A stretch of DNA of 64,000 nucleotides from Fimbriosthenelais zetlandica. Lineage: Eukaryota. The stretch is taken from NCBI GenBank assembly GCA_977030845.1, contig OZ365110.1, positions 45,818,001 through 45,882,000 on the forward strand. The letters run 5' to 3'. Shown piece by piece: positions 43,801-56,750 of the stretch. Made by a program: the position numbers and the translations under genes. The stretch's first letter is position 1. Every line of letters starts with the position of its first letter. Under the pieces are notes generated by a model. It ran no database searches and was not told where the DNA came from. It saw only the letters and a list, made by a program, of their open reading frames with translations.

Positions 43801-44494
43801 TACTGGCTCTGCCTATACTGCCTATCAACCTAGCGCTATGATGAGAGAATAATAGAACCATTGCTGACAGCATATTTCCTACTTGTTGAATTGGAAGTGC
43901 AACAAAACTTGCTTTCACATTGACTATATCAGAGATGCAGCATTCTGAGAATGCATCAAAAACATAATTAATCAATGAAGCCACTTTTACCATAGCCTCC
44001 CCCTTGCTTTGAGCTGAATCCATCCACACATTTTACCAAATCCTGACATACACGATGTTCTATATGTTCATATATATTATTTTTGTTCTATAACACCATG
44101 CCAAGCCTGAGAATAGCTCTGTATGCTGCGAGTTGTTCCACTTTAATGAGCTTCATTAGGACTGGATGGTCGCCCAGGGAGCACTAGCATACCGAGTAGA
44201 TACCACACCTCCCTCACTCTCTCACTACCCTCAAGGGGGCGCCTCTGGGCCTAATCAAACGCCACTCCGACCTCCATGCCTGACATTTGCCATCCCGACT
44301 CTTCAGATGCCCACAATCCTTAATCTTATTTTTGTACCAAAATCCCTTCTCTGTTTCCCTCAATCATTAATCTAGATTTTATTTTTGTCCTATGGATTCT
44401 TGAATTATAATTTCTCTGATAGCGTTTTTAATGCGTTGCTTTAAACCACCTATTTCTAATGTTAATTGGCAGGAGATTTAATGAATGTAATGAA

Positions 44495-44715
44495 ATTTGG
44501 GCGGGTTGCGGAATCCCAGTTGGCTTGTAGAAACAATCTCGCTCGCCAATAAACCATGTTTGCAGCAGAAAATGCGTGCATTGCTGAAACCAATCAGTTT
44601 CTGCTCGCCGCCAAAATAAGGTCTAGCCCTATTTATTGTTGGCGAAACATCGCAAGCAAAAAAAAAAAGAAAAAAGTGGGCGATTTTGGTCAATCGCAGG
44701 TTCCTAACCCTGGCT
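44495..44715. mobile_element. Interspersed repeat copy related to 960-1105; CCCTG end suggests a hAT-like non-autonomous element
   Basis: Shared blocks listed for 960-1105; terminates ggttcctaaCCCTG. Confidence 0.6.
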
Positions 44716-45360
44716 CCGTCCGGACGCCTGGTGTTTTGTTTATGAACTAAAGACACTCATGGAGTTCCTATTTTTTCCGTTACTCTTGTGGTGGCAGAAC
44801 TGTTGTAGGCTATTGAATTAGGAACTCCAGAAGTCTGTTTCCAAATGAATATCAACCATTAGCATTTCTAATATTCCTTTTGAAACAGGCCTCAGGTCAA
44901 AAGCACCTTTAAAGTATATTTTTACATTTATCATACTAAGCTATTTCTACCAACTTTCTTGGACCTTGGGACAACAACAAAACAACCCTTCTGGAACAAA
45001 TTAATGTCCAAATTGTACATGGTCAAATTTCCCATTCGTTTTCATATTACAGTCATATCTTTCATTCATTCTTTTCTGTCCTATTTTCTTGGCAAGTTTC
45101 AGCCACAAAAACTATTGGATTGTTGCCACGCGTCACAACCAAACACTGAATAAAGTACACCCTCCCACCGTCCCATTCAATAAATATCAACGGGCCCAGT
45201 CAAAACACCTTGAAAATCCCCGCCCACCTCCCTCCTCCCCCACCCCTCCCCACCCCAGGCCTTAAGTTTCAATACACAGTAAGACTCCCACGCGTTAATC
45301 CCCTGCCCACCTACCCTCCCTCCCTCCCTCGCTTTCCTCAAACACCTTTTCCCGTAGTGG

Positions 45361-45453
45361 TGACGTCAGAGCGTTCATTGCATCAGGGACGCCTGCCCAT
45401 AGAGTGGCATGTGTGAGGGAGCCGTCAATGAATGAGTGTGAGGGCCACGTGAC
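45361..45453. promoter_or_regulatory. Enhancer-like cluster: CRE, C/EBP-ATF amino-acid-response element and E-box, about 1 kb upstream of SLC7 exon 1B
   Basis: TGACGTCA 45361-45368; ATTGCATCA 45377-45385; GCCACGTGAC 45444-45453. Confidence 0.6.
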
Positions 45454-45949
45454 AGAGGCCGGTCCCCCCGCCTGGGGGAGGGGGGCACTCCAAAAAAAGG
45501 GCTACCATGATGCTACTTCGCAGTACTTTTAGGAACATCATGCAGACCTTTTCAAGTGATATAATTATGTTGATATATTTTCATATTCCCAAGACACTAT
45601 TTGGAAAAAAGTAGGGTATACCTTAAGAACATCGCATTATAAAATATATACCCCAAGTAAAAAGCTTTAAAACAGGCCCACTGCCCCATTTTTCCCATTA
45701 ATATTCCCATTATTGTTTTGAAAAGCACAGAATACACTATTTAAATATATACATAATGTATAATTAAAATTGTCTATTGGGCAGATGGTGATAGGCCTAT
45801 TATTAAAAAATAAAATAACTATTTTAAAGCTATTAAAATATTTTAAGTCTAAGAATGATACAATAGCATTCAGGGCTGTAGGCCCTGGAACGAAAGACTG
45901 AACCCTACTTTTTGAGAGTACCCCCTCCCTCTTCCCCAGCCGAGTGGGG

Positions 45950-46300
45950 GGGATAGTAGGGGAGTGGGTGGGGCGGGCGTGGGGCGGGACAAGCAATAAC
46001 AAAACAGCACGCTGCAGCGGAACTGCCACGAGAACAGAGTAAACTGCCATCACTGGCACGGTTAATACAACAAGGGAAGCTAGTGATAAACACACAACCC
46101 AAGCAGCTCCCCCATTCAAAACTTCAGTCTGGCCATGTGAGTCTTACCATACGGACGTGCATATATACATAAGCCTACAAGACATGGAGTGAGTTCATAC
46201 TACTACTGGAGCGGTAGAATATATTAGCTTCAGTCAGCATCCTTTGATTCAGAGTAACCTACACAACGGACTATAAAGCGACTGCTGCTGCTGCTGCATC
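45950..46300 (+). promoter_or_regulatory. Core promoter of SLC7 exon 1B (GC boxes, TATA box)
   Basis: GGGCGGGCGTGGGGCGGG at about 45970-45987; TATAAAG at 46272-46278, about 140 bp before the ATG. Confidence 0.55.
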
Positions 46301-46414
46301 TGCTCATACCAAACTCTCTCCCTCTCTCCAGAGCTAGGCCTATAACCCAGGTGTATCATCATAGTAGTCTTCATATACCCACCTCCTCCTCCCTCTACCT
46401 CACGGCCCCCTTAG

Positions 46415-46949
46415 ATGCCAAGCATGGCGGGCGGAGGGGATGTAGAGAAAAATTCAGCCAGCAAGAAAGATTCTCTGGCCGCCAATGGATCGGTGGCCAG
46501 TTCGGGCAAAGCCCAGAGTATTGACTACGATGATGGCAAGGTTAGGCTGAAGCCGAAAATCACGCTTCTCAATGGAGTCACTGTCATCGTGGGATCTATC
46601 ATAGGATCTGGCATCTTTGTCAGCCCACGAGGTGTATTGGAGAATACAGGCTCCGTGGGTCTATCTCTCATCGTATGGGTCCTCTGCGGCGTTTTCTCTA
46701 TGATCGGTGCCTACTGTTATGCTGAGCTAGGCACTGCTATTGTCAGATCGGGAGCCGATTATGCTTACATTTTTGAGGCCTTCGGACCTTTCTTGGCCTT
46801 CCTCAGACTGTGGGTAGAGTGCATGATCGTGCGCCCCTGTTCTACAGCCATCGTGGCTCTCACATTTGCTTACTATGTCATCGAGCCACTCTTTCCCGAC
46901 TGTGAGCAACCAGCCATAGCCGTGCGACTCTTGGCTGCTGTCTGCATTT
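46415..46949 (+). CDS. L-type amino-acid transporter first coding exon, copy B (N-tail plus TM1-TM3)
   Basis: 178 codons + 1 nt, donor ATTT|GTAAGT. Same motifs as copy A and ends at the identical codon and phase (LLAAVCI). Confidence 0.93.
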
Positions 46950-46993
46950 GTAAGTATATTTTACATTGACATTGCCATTGTCCCCCTCCTCTT

Positions 46994-46998
<5 letters not shown>

Positions 46999-47072
<74 letters not shown>
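46999..47072. repeat. (CT)n microsatellite, about 37 units
   Basis: Uninterrupted CT run 50 bp downstream of the exon 1B donor. Confidence 0.95.
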
Positions 47073-47074
<2 letters not shown>

Positions 47075-48908
47075 GCCCATCCCCCTGTCTCTGTCTGCCA
47101 CTCCCCCTTGTGAAATTTCACCTTGACCGGGTTGGGGAAGCATGGGGGAAACCAGTTCAGGGCGGTATGGTTCTAGACATGTGCTCCAGCTGCAGAGACA
47201 GCAGATGGGGCATCTGCTTCTCCTCCACGGGTTGTAGCATGAGTAACTCCCTGACCAGGATCTGCTCCCCCAACCCTAAAATTAAATATAGACCAACCAC
47301 GTGTAGAGTGGGAAAATCCATAATTATCCCTCCCCACCTCAACCTGTTACTGAAAATATAAGTCTCCCAAACCAACTCTAATAATTTGCTGATCTGGCAG
47401 TTTCCCTCTATAATGTCCCAGATATTGCCTGTCCATTGGTATTTATGAAATTTTAATTGATTTTTTTTTACATCCATGTTCTTTGGTATTTGGTATTTAT
47501 TACTAGACCAATGCATTAAATCCTGCATTAAAGTAGCGATATGTATACCTCTCAATCTATTTACTATTTAATACATGATACTATAAATATAATTGAAGTA
47601 TTTAATTGAGTGGAACTATTGGTTCTATTTTATTGTCTGTTATAATAAGGATACGCATATAGCCACAGGGAATTTGAGCCAACTAACCAGCAGATTTTAC
47701 ATTATCTGCCATACCACGCCTCGCTCAATTTGAAAACAAATCAAAGTAACATACCAACAGATAAAATATGGCCAAAATAAAATATAGGCCTCAGTTCCAC
47801 TCTCAGGGCTTGATAACCATCGGTTGTTTGGAACAAACTTAAGAGAAAAATGTCGGATGGGTTGACCTATAGTATTGGCCAAGTAACATTGAATTATGAA
47901 CTGAGTCAGTGAGTCAAATGCAGGTTGTAACCATGCATAGCTAACCTGCTGGGACAGGCCATTTCATCACCATGCCCATCCCACGTGGGTTACCAACACA
48001 CTCTATGTAGGCCTACTGTAGCCTACTGTGAAGGAAAGGTGTGCACACACCAAACCGAATGATGCCAACCGACCGACCGATTATGCACATTTATGTAAAC
48101 GTCTATCATATCGGTCAGTTTGTGAACCGACAAAAGATAGATATGGAATAATGAAAATTTGCAGATTGCATAAAAAATAAAGCAATTTGGTCTATGTAGA
48201 TTATAAAGTATATTAAATATTTGGGTGATTGGTCCGACTTTTATAACATTCCTGTCTGTTGGTCAGGTTGGTATGAGTTTGTTCTAGTTTATAAAAGAGA
48301 TAGGGAACCGTTGATAGAAAGATGTGTAGAGACGAGAACTCCTGGTGGGAGCTAATCTACGCTAATCTACGACTTCTAGTCGCCTGGTTTTATCTTGAAA
48401 AACTAACACACTGTCGCTACCTATACTTTTTCACAGTACACTGTATATCCAGCTTCCAGAGATAGCTTGGAGATATACTGTATTGCTATCTCTTGGACAT
48501 TATGGGCAATCCTTACTATTCTTGTTTAAAATGAATAAGATTAAAAGTAATTCCATTGAACCATACCTGCTCTCTGCATATTTCAGATCGCCCTATAGTG
48601 TCTTTTAATATCACAGTGTCTTATAATGCAACTGTATATTTATGCTTTGAGTAAAATACTATAGTGGCATTAAATAACACATTAAAACACAATGTTATCT
48701 ACGTTTAGGTATCATACTTGTTGTGGATTGCGAATTAATTGATAAACGGTATTCTAGAATATTAAATACACACGTTTATCGTAGCCTATTATGTTCAGGA
48801 AAGCTTGTTAATAGACTAAACAATAATGTTTCTGTCATAGGGAACAATAAATATTATGTTTTAGGGGACAAAATTCACACATGTATGTGAAATTACAGTC
48901 AGTGGGCG

Positions 48909-48917
48909 TGATGCAAT
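48909..48917 (+). promoter_or_regulatory. Perfect C/EBP-ATF (AARE) site in the intron after exon 1B
   Basis: TGATGCAAT; TACGTCA lies about 30 bp downstream. Confidence 0.45.
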
Positions 48918-49666
48918 TGTCGAAGTCTGACAAACGTAGGCCTACGTCAGGAAAACTGCCCAGTAGATCTGTGGCCATTACGGTCTATTTACCTCAGTTT
49001 TATTGTCCCATAATTATAGTCTCCAGTTCATATTTCCTAGCCGAACATGGTGACGAATCAATGTACACAGTTTTGATTAGCATAGTTCTAATCATGGGCA
49101 TAGCATACGTATGTATTTGATAATGACCCCTTAGGCCTGCTGTGGCCAGAGGCCTTTTGTTACAAAACCACACGTTTTAACGGTTTTCTTGACAGCTGTA
49201 GTGGTTAAATCCATTGGAAAACTATAGAAAATCCTCTGTTTGTTTCTATTGGAAAACTATAGACAATTCTCTGTTTGTTTAGGATGAAATATTCTTGTTT
49301 TGGTCTAACGCATCGAGACTGGGATACTAGGATCTACCTATACCCAAATATAATGCACCAGGTCATGTTGGCATTTCTACCGGAAGAGTAAACACAATTC
49401 TGCTCCAAATATTTGATGTTGGACCACGTGACTCGGATGTTTTGATATACGATATATGTTGTAATGAAATATATGCTATAGTAGGAGCAAAGATCGTTAT
49501 CAAAAAAGTGCATTCCCACGAGTGTTAGAGTAGGCTATAGCCTATAATATACATAGTTACCTGGCACATTTATTTAGTTATAATTATACATTCCATTTAA
49601 CAATTATTTCACCTGACGAACTGTTTGACAGTAGATTTTCTTGTTGCGTTTAGCAGGAGTTGGTGA

Positions 49667-49675
49667 ATTGCATCA
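49667..49675 (-). promoter_or_regulatory. Perfect C/EBP-ATF (AARE) site in the intron after exon 1B
   Basis: ATTGCATCA. Confidence 0.4.
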
Positions 49676-50859
49676 TCCTATAACCCATTTTTGGAATTAA
49701 AATGTCAGTTCAGGATACCGGTCCCCACCTCGCCAAGAGATTATTTTTTAGGCCGCAATTAATTTATGGTATTTAAATATAATACTGACTAATTTGGCTA
49801 TTATAAATCTGTAAACATAGTTGTTTATTCCAATGTCAAAGAGTGTCTTGTGACAAATTGGGTCAAATATTATATTCATGAATATTTTTGGGGGGTTATT
49901 CTGCCATGGTAAAATGATTTTTTACTTTAACTAACTTTTCTTAAATCAAGGATTGGAATGCAGAAAAAATAAGCTTGTAATAGATACGTGTCAATTAACT
50001 ACCCTGCAGGCTTTTTTTGGTTCACTTCAGATGGGTGTCGTTCAGGTGTTGGCATCATTCTTCGTTTTAAAGAAATATAGCATTTAGTCTTCGTGTATTA
50101 TTTGTTTTCTAACGAACTGTATGAAGGATTATGAAGCTTACCATGAATACATATGTGAGGTAACACCACAAAAGCCATAATCTTACATAATACCATGTAA
50201 TATGGACTTAATGAGCTGAATTTATGATAGAAATATGCACGCAGTTAAGTATTATGTCTCCGAACACATGCTGGCCAAGTGAAAAGCAATACCCAAACAA
50301 TGCAAACAATGCAAAGTGACCAAGCTTTGTTCAAACCCTTCTTGTTATGAAATTTCAGCAACAGTTGCATCCAATGTGTGAAACAGGGATAGAATTATTT
50401 TCCTCCCGATTCCTGGACATATTTTACAAACTATTTCTGGAACAGTTATTAGATTTCACATTAGATTTAAATTAACCAAAAATAGTGATTGTATCCTAAA
50501 AGATTTTTGTGATAGCCTGACACCTGTTCGATCCTCAGATTTAGATTTAGACTCAGATTTAGTTGAATCTTCATGGAGAAAAAAATCCGATTTTAGTTGT
50601 TGCCCATCCTTGAGTCGGTCTATCTCTTTTTAACGGTAGAAGAGGGTTAAGGAGTGAGGAGGGCAGCTGGTATGGTATTCATCTTCTAGTCATCTTTCCT
50701 TTTGAAGTTATTCTACATCAGCTGTGTTCATGTTCAGCTTCTGGCTTTCTGCCTCTCAGAGGTGACTCAGTGCAAACTCAAGCACTCAATGCAATATAGC
50801 TTCTCATACTTTCTTATTTCTACCCATCGCTCTTAATTGTTTTTGTCTTGCTATACATG

Positions 50860-51090
50860 TGCTCCCTCCCTTTGTCTCTCTCCTCCCCTCTTTTCCCTCC
50901 CCCTCCCTCTTCCCATCCACTGACTCCCTTTCTCTCCCACTCTTCCCATCCCTTCTCTCTCCTATCCCTCACTTTTCGATCTATCCGCTCCATGTCCCTC
51001 CCCTCACTCCCTCCGCCTTCTCCCTCCCCTCCTCCCTATTCTCTCCATCTCCCCCCTCTCCCCCACCTTCTCTTCCACACATCCTTCTCA
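50860..51090. repeat. Long polypyrimidine (C/T) low-complexity tract, intronic
   Basis: About 230 bp dominated by C and T. Confidence 0.85.
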
Positions 51091-54000
51091 TAATCTTCAT
51101 CCTTGTGCAATGTCCTGCCAGTACAGAGTGCAGGGCGCCAAGGCCACACACCCTGCCTTTTAGATACCATCAAAAGTGAACAACAGATATCTGGAGAATT
51201 ACAAATAAATAGAATATAAAAATAGGGAGGTCATATGGTATAGGGGATGACAGGAGGTCTTGTGATTTGACTTTTTATAAAGCACTCTAAGATCCTGGTC
51301 CTACGCATATTCCAAAATCCAAGGACAGTCTGTCCTCATCCCGAAAGGCCACTTGTCTCTAAACTGGAAATGTTCCAGTGAATACACAAGGTCGGGGTGC
51401 CGGTGCGGGGTTGCCTTTTCGGAGATAATTTGTTGTCACTCAAAATAGTAACTTTTTTCATAGCTGACATCCCACCCCAACTCAACACCACTCTTTACCT
51501 CATTTCTCTCCAAAGTTTGGATCCCTGCCCCTTTGAATGCTTTATAGTAAATTTTTATTTAATAACTAGACATTTGTTTGGGTTCACATCCTGTATGGAG
51601 TCTGCAATTAAATGGCAGATGTGTTAATTAGTGCATAAAGAAATAAATTGGGACTCATTAAATATCATTATATTAAATATATTAGATTGTCAATGATGGC
51701 CTAATGAGTGGGGAAGTATATAGCCTATATTCATTGTATATTATATGAATCAGAGAATACCAAAAAGGGTTCAGTGTCTGGTTAAATACGCCCAAGTTAG
51801 AAGTGGAAATAATCTAAGGCTCGGTTATGCCTAAATGAAACTGTCAAAACTGAATATTATTTTGACGAATTATTATTTAATCAAAAAAATATGATTAAAT
51901 ATTCCGAATATATTGACACATTCTGTGAGAACATATTTAGAGAATGTTACGGTATGCTATCTCGTATACATGACCCCTTAAGTTAAGGCATGCATGCATC
52001 AAGATTTCAGACATTGACCGATTGCAGACAAATCACTGATTGTCAGAATTTCTAAATTGAAATAATGAAGAATAATGTCCTAGACGGACCAGAAATAGTA
52101 TTTTCTAACTATTATTTTCATTGAAACCCTCAAAAACTGAATAGTAGGTTTTAAAACCTTAATGATTATAGGAATTACGGTACCTGAATTGCATTCCTTC
52201 TATCTTGTATATAGAAGCCCCTAAGGGGCTTTGGAAGAACTGGTCATTTTATTGATCAATATAGGATAGATTCTCTCTTCAGGGTTACCATTAGCCCTAC
52301 ACACCTGCATGCAGACCATTTCATGAAGGAGTTGCCCTAAAAATTAACCTATTTTATTAGTATTTCTAGTGAAATGTCACAACCGTGAATGCTTCATTTT
52401 CAGAGTGATTAACCTCAATTCAAACCTATATGACAGATAATCAGATATGATTATATGATCGATTTAAATGTTTCCCAGATAGCTTTAGTGACATTTAGAA
52501 CACATTTCCAACATTTCTACCTGTCAATTTCCCTCTACATCATGCCCAAACCCAGACAGCACAGTTCCAATACGAAGACAAGCCAGCCAGAATGTCATTA
52601 TAAAACAATATATCAAGTCATCGAGAAGCTAAGCAGGAGACTCTCCATGCTTATCGAGTTTCCCACTAGAAGTCCGATCCAGTTCCCTCTCATCCCACTC
52701 TCAGTATCTCTCAGACTCCTCTCCACTCACTGGGGCCTGTTCCACAAAAATTGTATTCATATAATAATGTACAAAGGTCTTATGTACCAGTCAATGTGAC
52801 TCAATAAGAAAATCTGATCGGAGCATGCACTCGATTACTGGCAATTTTTCTCCAATCGCATGACAAGAAAAACGCAAGTAACCAGAGACCGTCGTAGTCT
52901 GTTTCAGTCATAAGACTTCGGTCTATATAATAAACAATACATGTATATGTAGTCTTAGGCATTGGGTTATAATTGCGCATTTTTATTATGAGACAAACTC
53001 CAAAATAGCAGCTGTGCACGCTCACATACCAGCAATGTATATCTAATCTAAAACAACTCTGTGTGTGACCGAAACTTTGCCTCTTTCCCAGTGCTTTATA
53101 TGATAAGATAATAGATTACATGTATCTTCTTACTGTTTCTTACTGCCCGATAAAATATGTGAAATGTGTCCCAGTTATGATACCATGGTTAAAGTCTGTC
53201 TTTCATAGACCCTTTGGCGATTAAAGGGCAATATTATGATTTTTTTAATGATCCCCCTAACATAGGTTATCAGGGGTGGATCCAGATGTTAAACTTACTC
53301 TTTTTTTTTTTTTTTTTGGGGGGGGGGAGGGAAATTTGTGCACATCATTTTTTTGGTGATACATTAAATGTAATCGAGATATCTTTGATCATTTTTTGGG
53401 GTGATACGGTAAATTTAATGTAAAGTCGATATGTCTTTGACCTTTCGAACTGTCCATCAGATGTCGATTGATGTATAATTATAATAAAGTCACACCAGCT
53501 GGTGTTCTTCACTGTCCTTCCCTTCTACAGTTGATCGACACATGGACATGACATGGACAGGTCAACAACACATGGTCATGTTTGTATGATAGGCTTCATG
53601 TTCACATCTCAAACTCTGACATGACATCATTCTCTTCATGTCAAACTCAGAACCCCTATAATATAGACATGAATATGAACAGTAGAATTGCAGGCCATAA
53701 CCCTTAATCCAACAAAATGCTATGACGAAACAATTTTTCTATTCAATAAGAAGTCTGTTAATCCCTTCTATACATAACAGTGATGAATCCTCATGTCCCC
53801 TGAGTTTCACAAATAAGGGTTGAACAGAGTGTGTCGACAGTCTTTCCACTAATCTTGAGATATCTGAATGGATGGTAAACAATACACAATAACAAATCCT
53901 TTATCCATTGTGCTGTTTCGCTATAGGCCATACATTATAGGGAATCCCGGATATATGCAGTGATGGCCCTACAATACACGTACTAGACACTAGTTTACAA

Positions 54001-55749
54001 GTGCACCTTGGAAAACATGATAATTTTTGGGGCAGTGTTGTAACTTATTTATCCTGTTCCACAATCAATTCACATTAGCTATATAGTGTTAATATAGACT
54101 TGAAAGTCTATTATATTATTAAGTATCTAATTGTGTAGGGGTCAGGGCCTTAACATTACAGTACATGTATAGCCCGTTTATGATGTGCCAGCCTTCATTC
54201 AGCCTCCCTATCGCAACCTCTCTCACGACCTCAAGGGGTACGGACAGTAGGCCCATACAGCCCAGATTCAGTTATCATAATTATGTCATATAATGTCGAT
54301 AGTTAATATCCAATAACTCCAATAGGCTTTCCATGAAAATATCTGCCACTGACAATGCACCAAACCCCAAAGAATCGAGATCAGAGTCAGTTAATTTTAG
54401 TTAGTTCACTTGAAACTTAAATATCTCAGAGTGGCAAGTTTCAATGTAATATACGCTGATTTTGATTTTATTGCTTGTCGTTTGGAAGGTTTTCCAATGC
54501 TTTTAATTTGAATATAAGGTGATACGAGCAAAAAAAATGACCCCAATATACTAACAAAAATGTAATGTTTCCAACTAATACCGATTTAGAATTGTAAACC
54601 ATTATTCGTTAAGATTGTCCATAGAAACTTATAATATAGGATTGTACAAGAAATTACTACTACTGAAAACGTTTGAACTTTTCAAAGTCTCAATGGAATT
54701 CTAGGAATTATTTCTGTTTGACATCTCTGAAACATGTTGTTCCCCTAGGCTTATACTTTCCCATGTGAGTAGTGTAGTAAATCTGTCCATGGTTCCAGGC
54801 CTTTCTCACCCACTCACCACCAATATACTATGGGGACCCTAACTGATTCTGCTAATCGACCACTCTCCTCACAGTAAGCTTTCCATCCCCCCGCCTACCC
54901 CCCAACATACCGCCCAACCAAACTGTCCATATTCCAAGCACCCAATAAACACATTCTTTCACTTTGCCCTCACACATTGGGATGGTGCGCCAGACTAAAG
55001 GCTGTCCGCCATTTTGCTTGCGACAGTTCTAGAACAAAAATATTTGTACATGTCGCAATGATAAATGTACCAGTGGAGGACGGCCTTAAGGCCTTGGACA
55101 CCTCAACAAAAATTTACAAATTTGATAGTGACACAAGCATCACCTTTGTATCAGCAGTTAATTAATTACCGCGTTGTATCACTTCAATGGTTCTGAAGTA
55201 TTTGAAAATAATCTTAACTTAATCTTAAATTTAATTCTGTTTTGTCAACAAAAAACCTCATGTTCTTTAAGTATTCAATTCCCTAATGGCCTGTCATGAG
55301 GCTCTTTTTTAAGTAAGATGTTGTGTCGTCTGTTTTTCTCGTTGCTCGTTTCTTTATCAAAGATCAGGGCCTGAGACTCTACCACTCGCCTGATTACATT
55401 TCTCTTAAAGACTGTGGAAGACCTCAGTCTGGTGATGTGCACAAAAACCAGCCAACATCTATAGCTCTAAGATAGGAGCTATATGTAGGTTTTCCACTTG
55501 GACCTGTTTATTCCTGAAGCTTGTTTCAAAAGCAACGTTTTCAATACCGATACTTCAATACTATGTAGTCAAAAGTTCGCAAGTTTTTCCCCTTAATTAA
55601 AGTACTTTAATATGGAGCCAGACCACCACCCGCCTTAAAGTGTGAAATCATGGTAACTGATATACATGCAGCTGTTTTATCAGAAATTAATGTAGGCCTC
55701 AGACTACCACCTACTACTGTTGTAAAGGACTTAAATTTATAAAAAGACT

Positions 55750-56750
55750 TTTGAGATGGCCATCAAGTCTGTGGCTAATATTTTCCTTTAAATTCTAAAG
55801 GCATCAGTAGTGATTTTCTTGAGGACGAGTGATGAAAGGAAATTTTGTATGTTCAAATCGAGAATATTTCTTGTTTGTTTGACTGATAGTTCGGTCCATC
55901 AAGTCAAGCCAGTTGATTGGCAATTGCGATTGATCAAGAAAACGAACCAGTGGACATGGGCCTTAATCTTAAAAGTTCTGACCTTTACACCAGACCTGGC
56001 TTGTCCTTCTTGTCCACAATTTGATTTTGGTATTCTATACGTTCTCCCTCGCTTCAGGGATAAAACCTCCTCTTAGGTACTCGATACATCAGGACTGATT
56101 GGGTTGGATAGGGGGAAGGCAGGTGTCCTCAGATTGAGTTTGGGTGGAAAGGGCGAGGGCTAGTATCTGTCAATCAGGGTTCTGTGCCTTAGGTTTATCA
56201 TGGCTGAATCAATGTCTGATCTGTAGTATTATAAGAAATGGACTGGGGATGTTTTGGTAAAGGTGGAGTCAAAATGGATGAGATGTTTCCTTGAGATATG
56301 CCCGGAATTGTGGTATAGATATAGGCATAGATATTGACATGCACTTTATGTATGTAGTACTTTATGTATGTAGTACTTTACAAGGTATAAACTATAAAGC
56401 CAGTGGTTACCATTTATTTTTTTGGTTGCAAATTCAAAAGTTTTCAAAATTTTTATTATGCCTTCACTGGAAAGATGATTATTTTGTTTGCCTGATGCAC
56501 AGACCATTGTACAACAATGCTTAAGCATGCCCCAATTGCCCAAGTCTTTCTAGGCAATGGTATAAGTGCACTTGTCCAATGACCCCTTTATTAAATACAC
56601 AAGTGTGAACGAAGTCCAGTGACTCCACCATAATAGCATCTTGATGTGAAGGCATTAACACTAAATTATTATCCATTATGATAAGCAGTATTTGCCTGAT
56701 GTCAATCACCACCCAACTTCCCACATTGCTCCGTTGTGGAGCTCACCCTA
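55750..56750 (-). mobile_element. Possible heavily decayed CR1/L2 LINE relic (end of endonuclease and linker)
   Basis: Broken minus-strand frames give PSHQD..ESLDFVHT (cf. PTH..GHTLDLV.T) and KVRTFKIKAHVHWF (cf. K.RT...RP..PWF). Many stops; weak similarity. Confidence 0.3.

Noticed and set aside
46873-47361. RE/LS-repeat ORFs
   Set aside because: Translations of the (CT)n microsatellite.
47706-47722. gccataccacgc resembling the 5' end of 5S rRNA
   Set aside because: Only about 11 nt match and no downstream A or C boxes.
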